64,000 nucleotides of DNA from Eledone cirrhosa (Eukaryota), in NCBI GenBank assembly GCA_964016885.1, contig OZ024750.1, positions 42,036,001 through 42,100,000 on the forward strand, in the 5' to 3' direction. The position numbers and the translations under genes were made by a program. This document shows, piece by piece, positions 63,968 to 64,000 of this stretch. Position 1 is the first letter of the stretch. Each line of letters starts with the position of its first letter. The notes below the pieces were generated by a model. The model made no database searches and was not told the DNA's origin. It was given only the letters and a program-made list of their open reading frames with translations.

Positions 63968-64000
63968 TGATCAAAAGAACATCTAATTTATTAATACTTA

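Larger units (their letters stand above)
63749..64000. mobile_element. Long inverted-repeat element (arms 63749-63854 and 63892 to beyond 64000) with two divergent hammerheads
   Basis: Arms are reverse complements except for one 3-nt indel; abuts (TA)n; runs off the window. Confidence 0.85.

Overview
AT-rich, repeat-saturated animal genomic DNA. The SINE/MITE repertoire suggests a cephalopod such as Octopus; this is an inference from remembered repeat motifs and was not checked by a search. No host protein-coding gene can be firmly called, and almost all long ORFs in the track are microsatellite or minisatellite artefacts. The only real coding sequence is retroelement-derived: a near full-length Tx1/L1-clade LINE (16556-21338; intact CCHC-knuckle ORF1; RT ORF2 with no endonuclease domain and two in-frame stops) nested in a piggyBac-type MITE, a 5'-truncated relative with a 16-bp TSD, and RTE and CRE fragments. 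The window also holds about 10 piggyBac-type MITEs, about 20 tRNA-type SINE copies, a head-to-tail non-autonomous Helitron pair, Tc1/mariner-type MITEs and more than 15 minisatellites. Several minisatellites are visibly amplified from transposon segments, and one has a 34x59-bp higher-order duplication. The most interesting signal is a set of short non-coding elements, mostly next to (TA)n tracts, that carry type I hammerhead ribozyme motifs (CUGANGA-stem II-GAAA-palindromic stem III-UH) of the kind known from Penelope-like retroelement terminal repeats. They occur as long inverted repeats, including a head-to-head double hammerhead at 63749-64000. Their inversion or truncation points repeatedly fall in or near ribozyme stem II, several share an ATTGAGTAC tail motif, and half of one ribozyme has been amplified into a 21-bp minisatellite. 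Coordinates were read by eye and may be off by a few bases.
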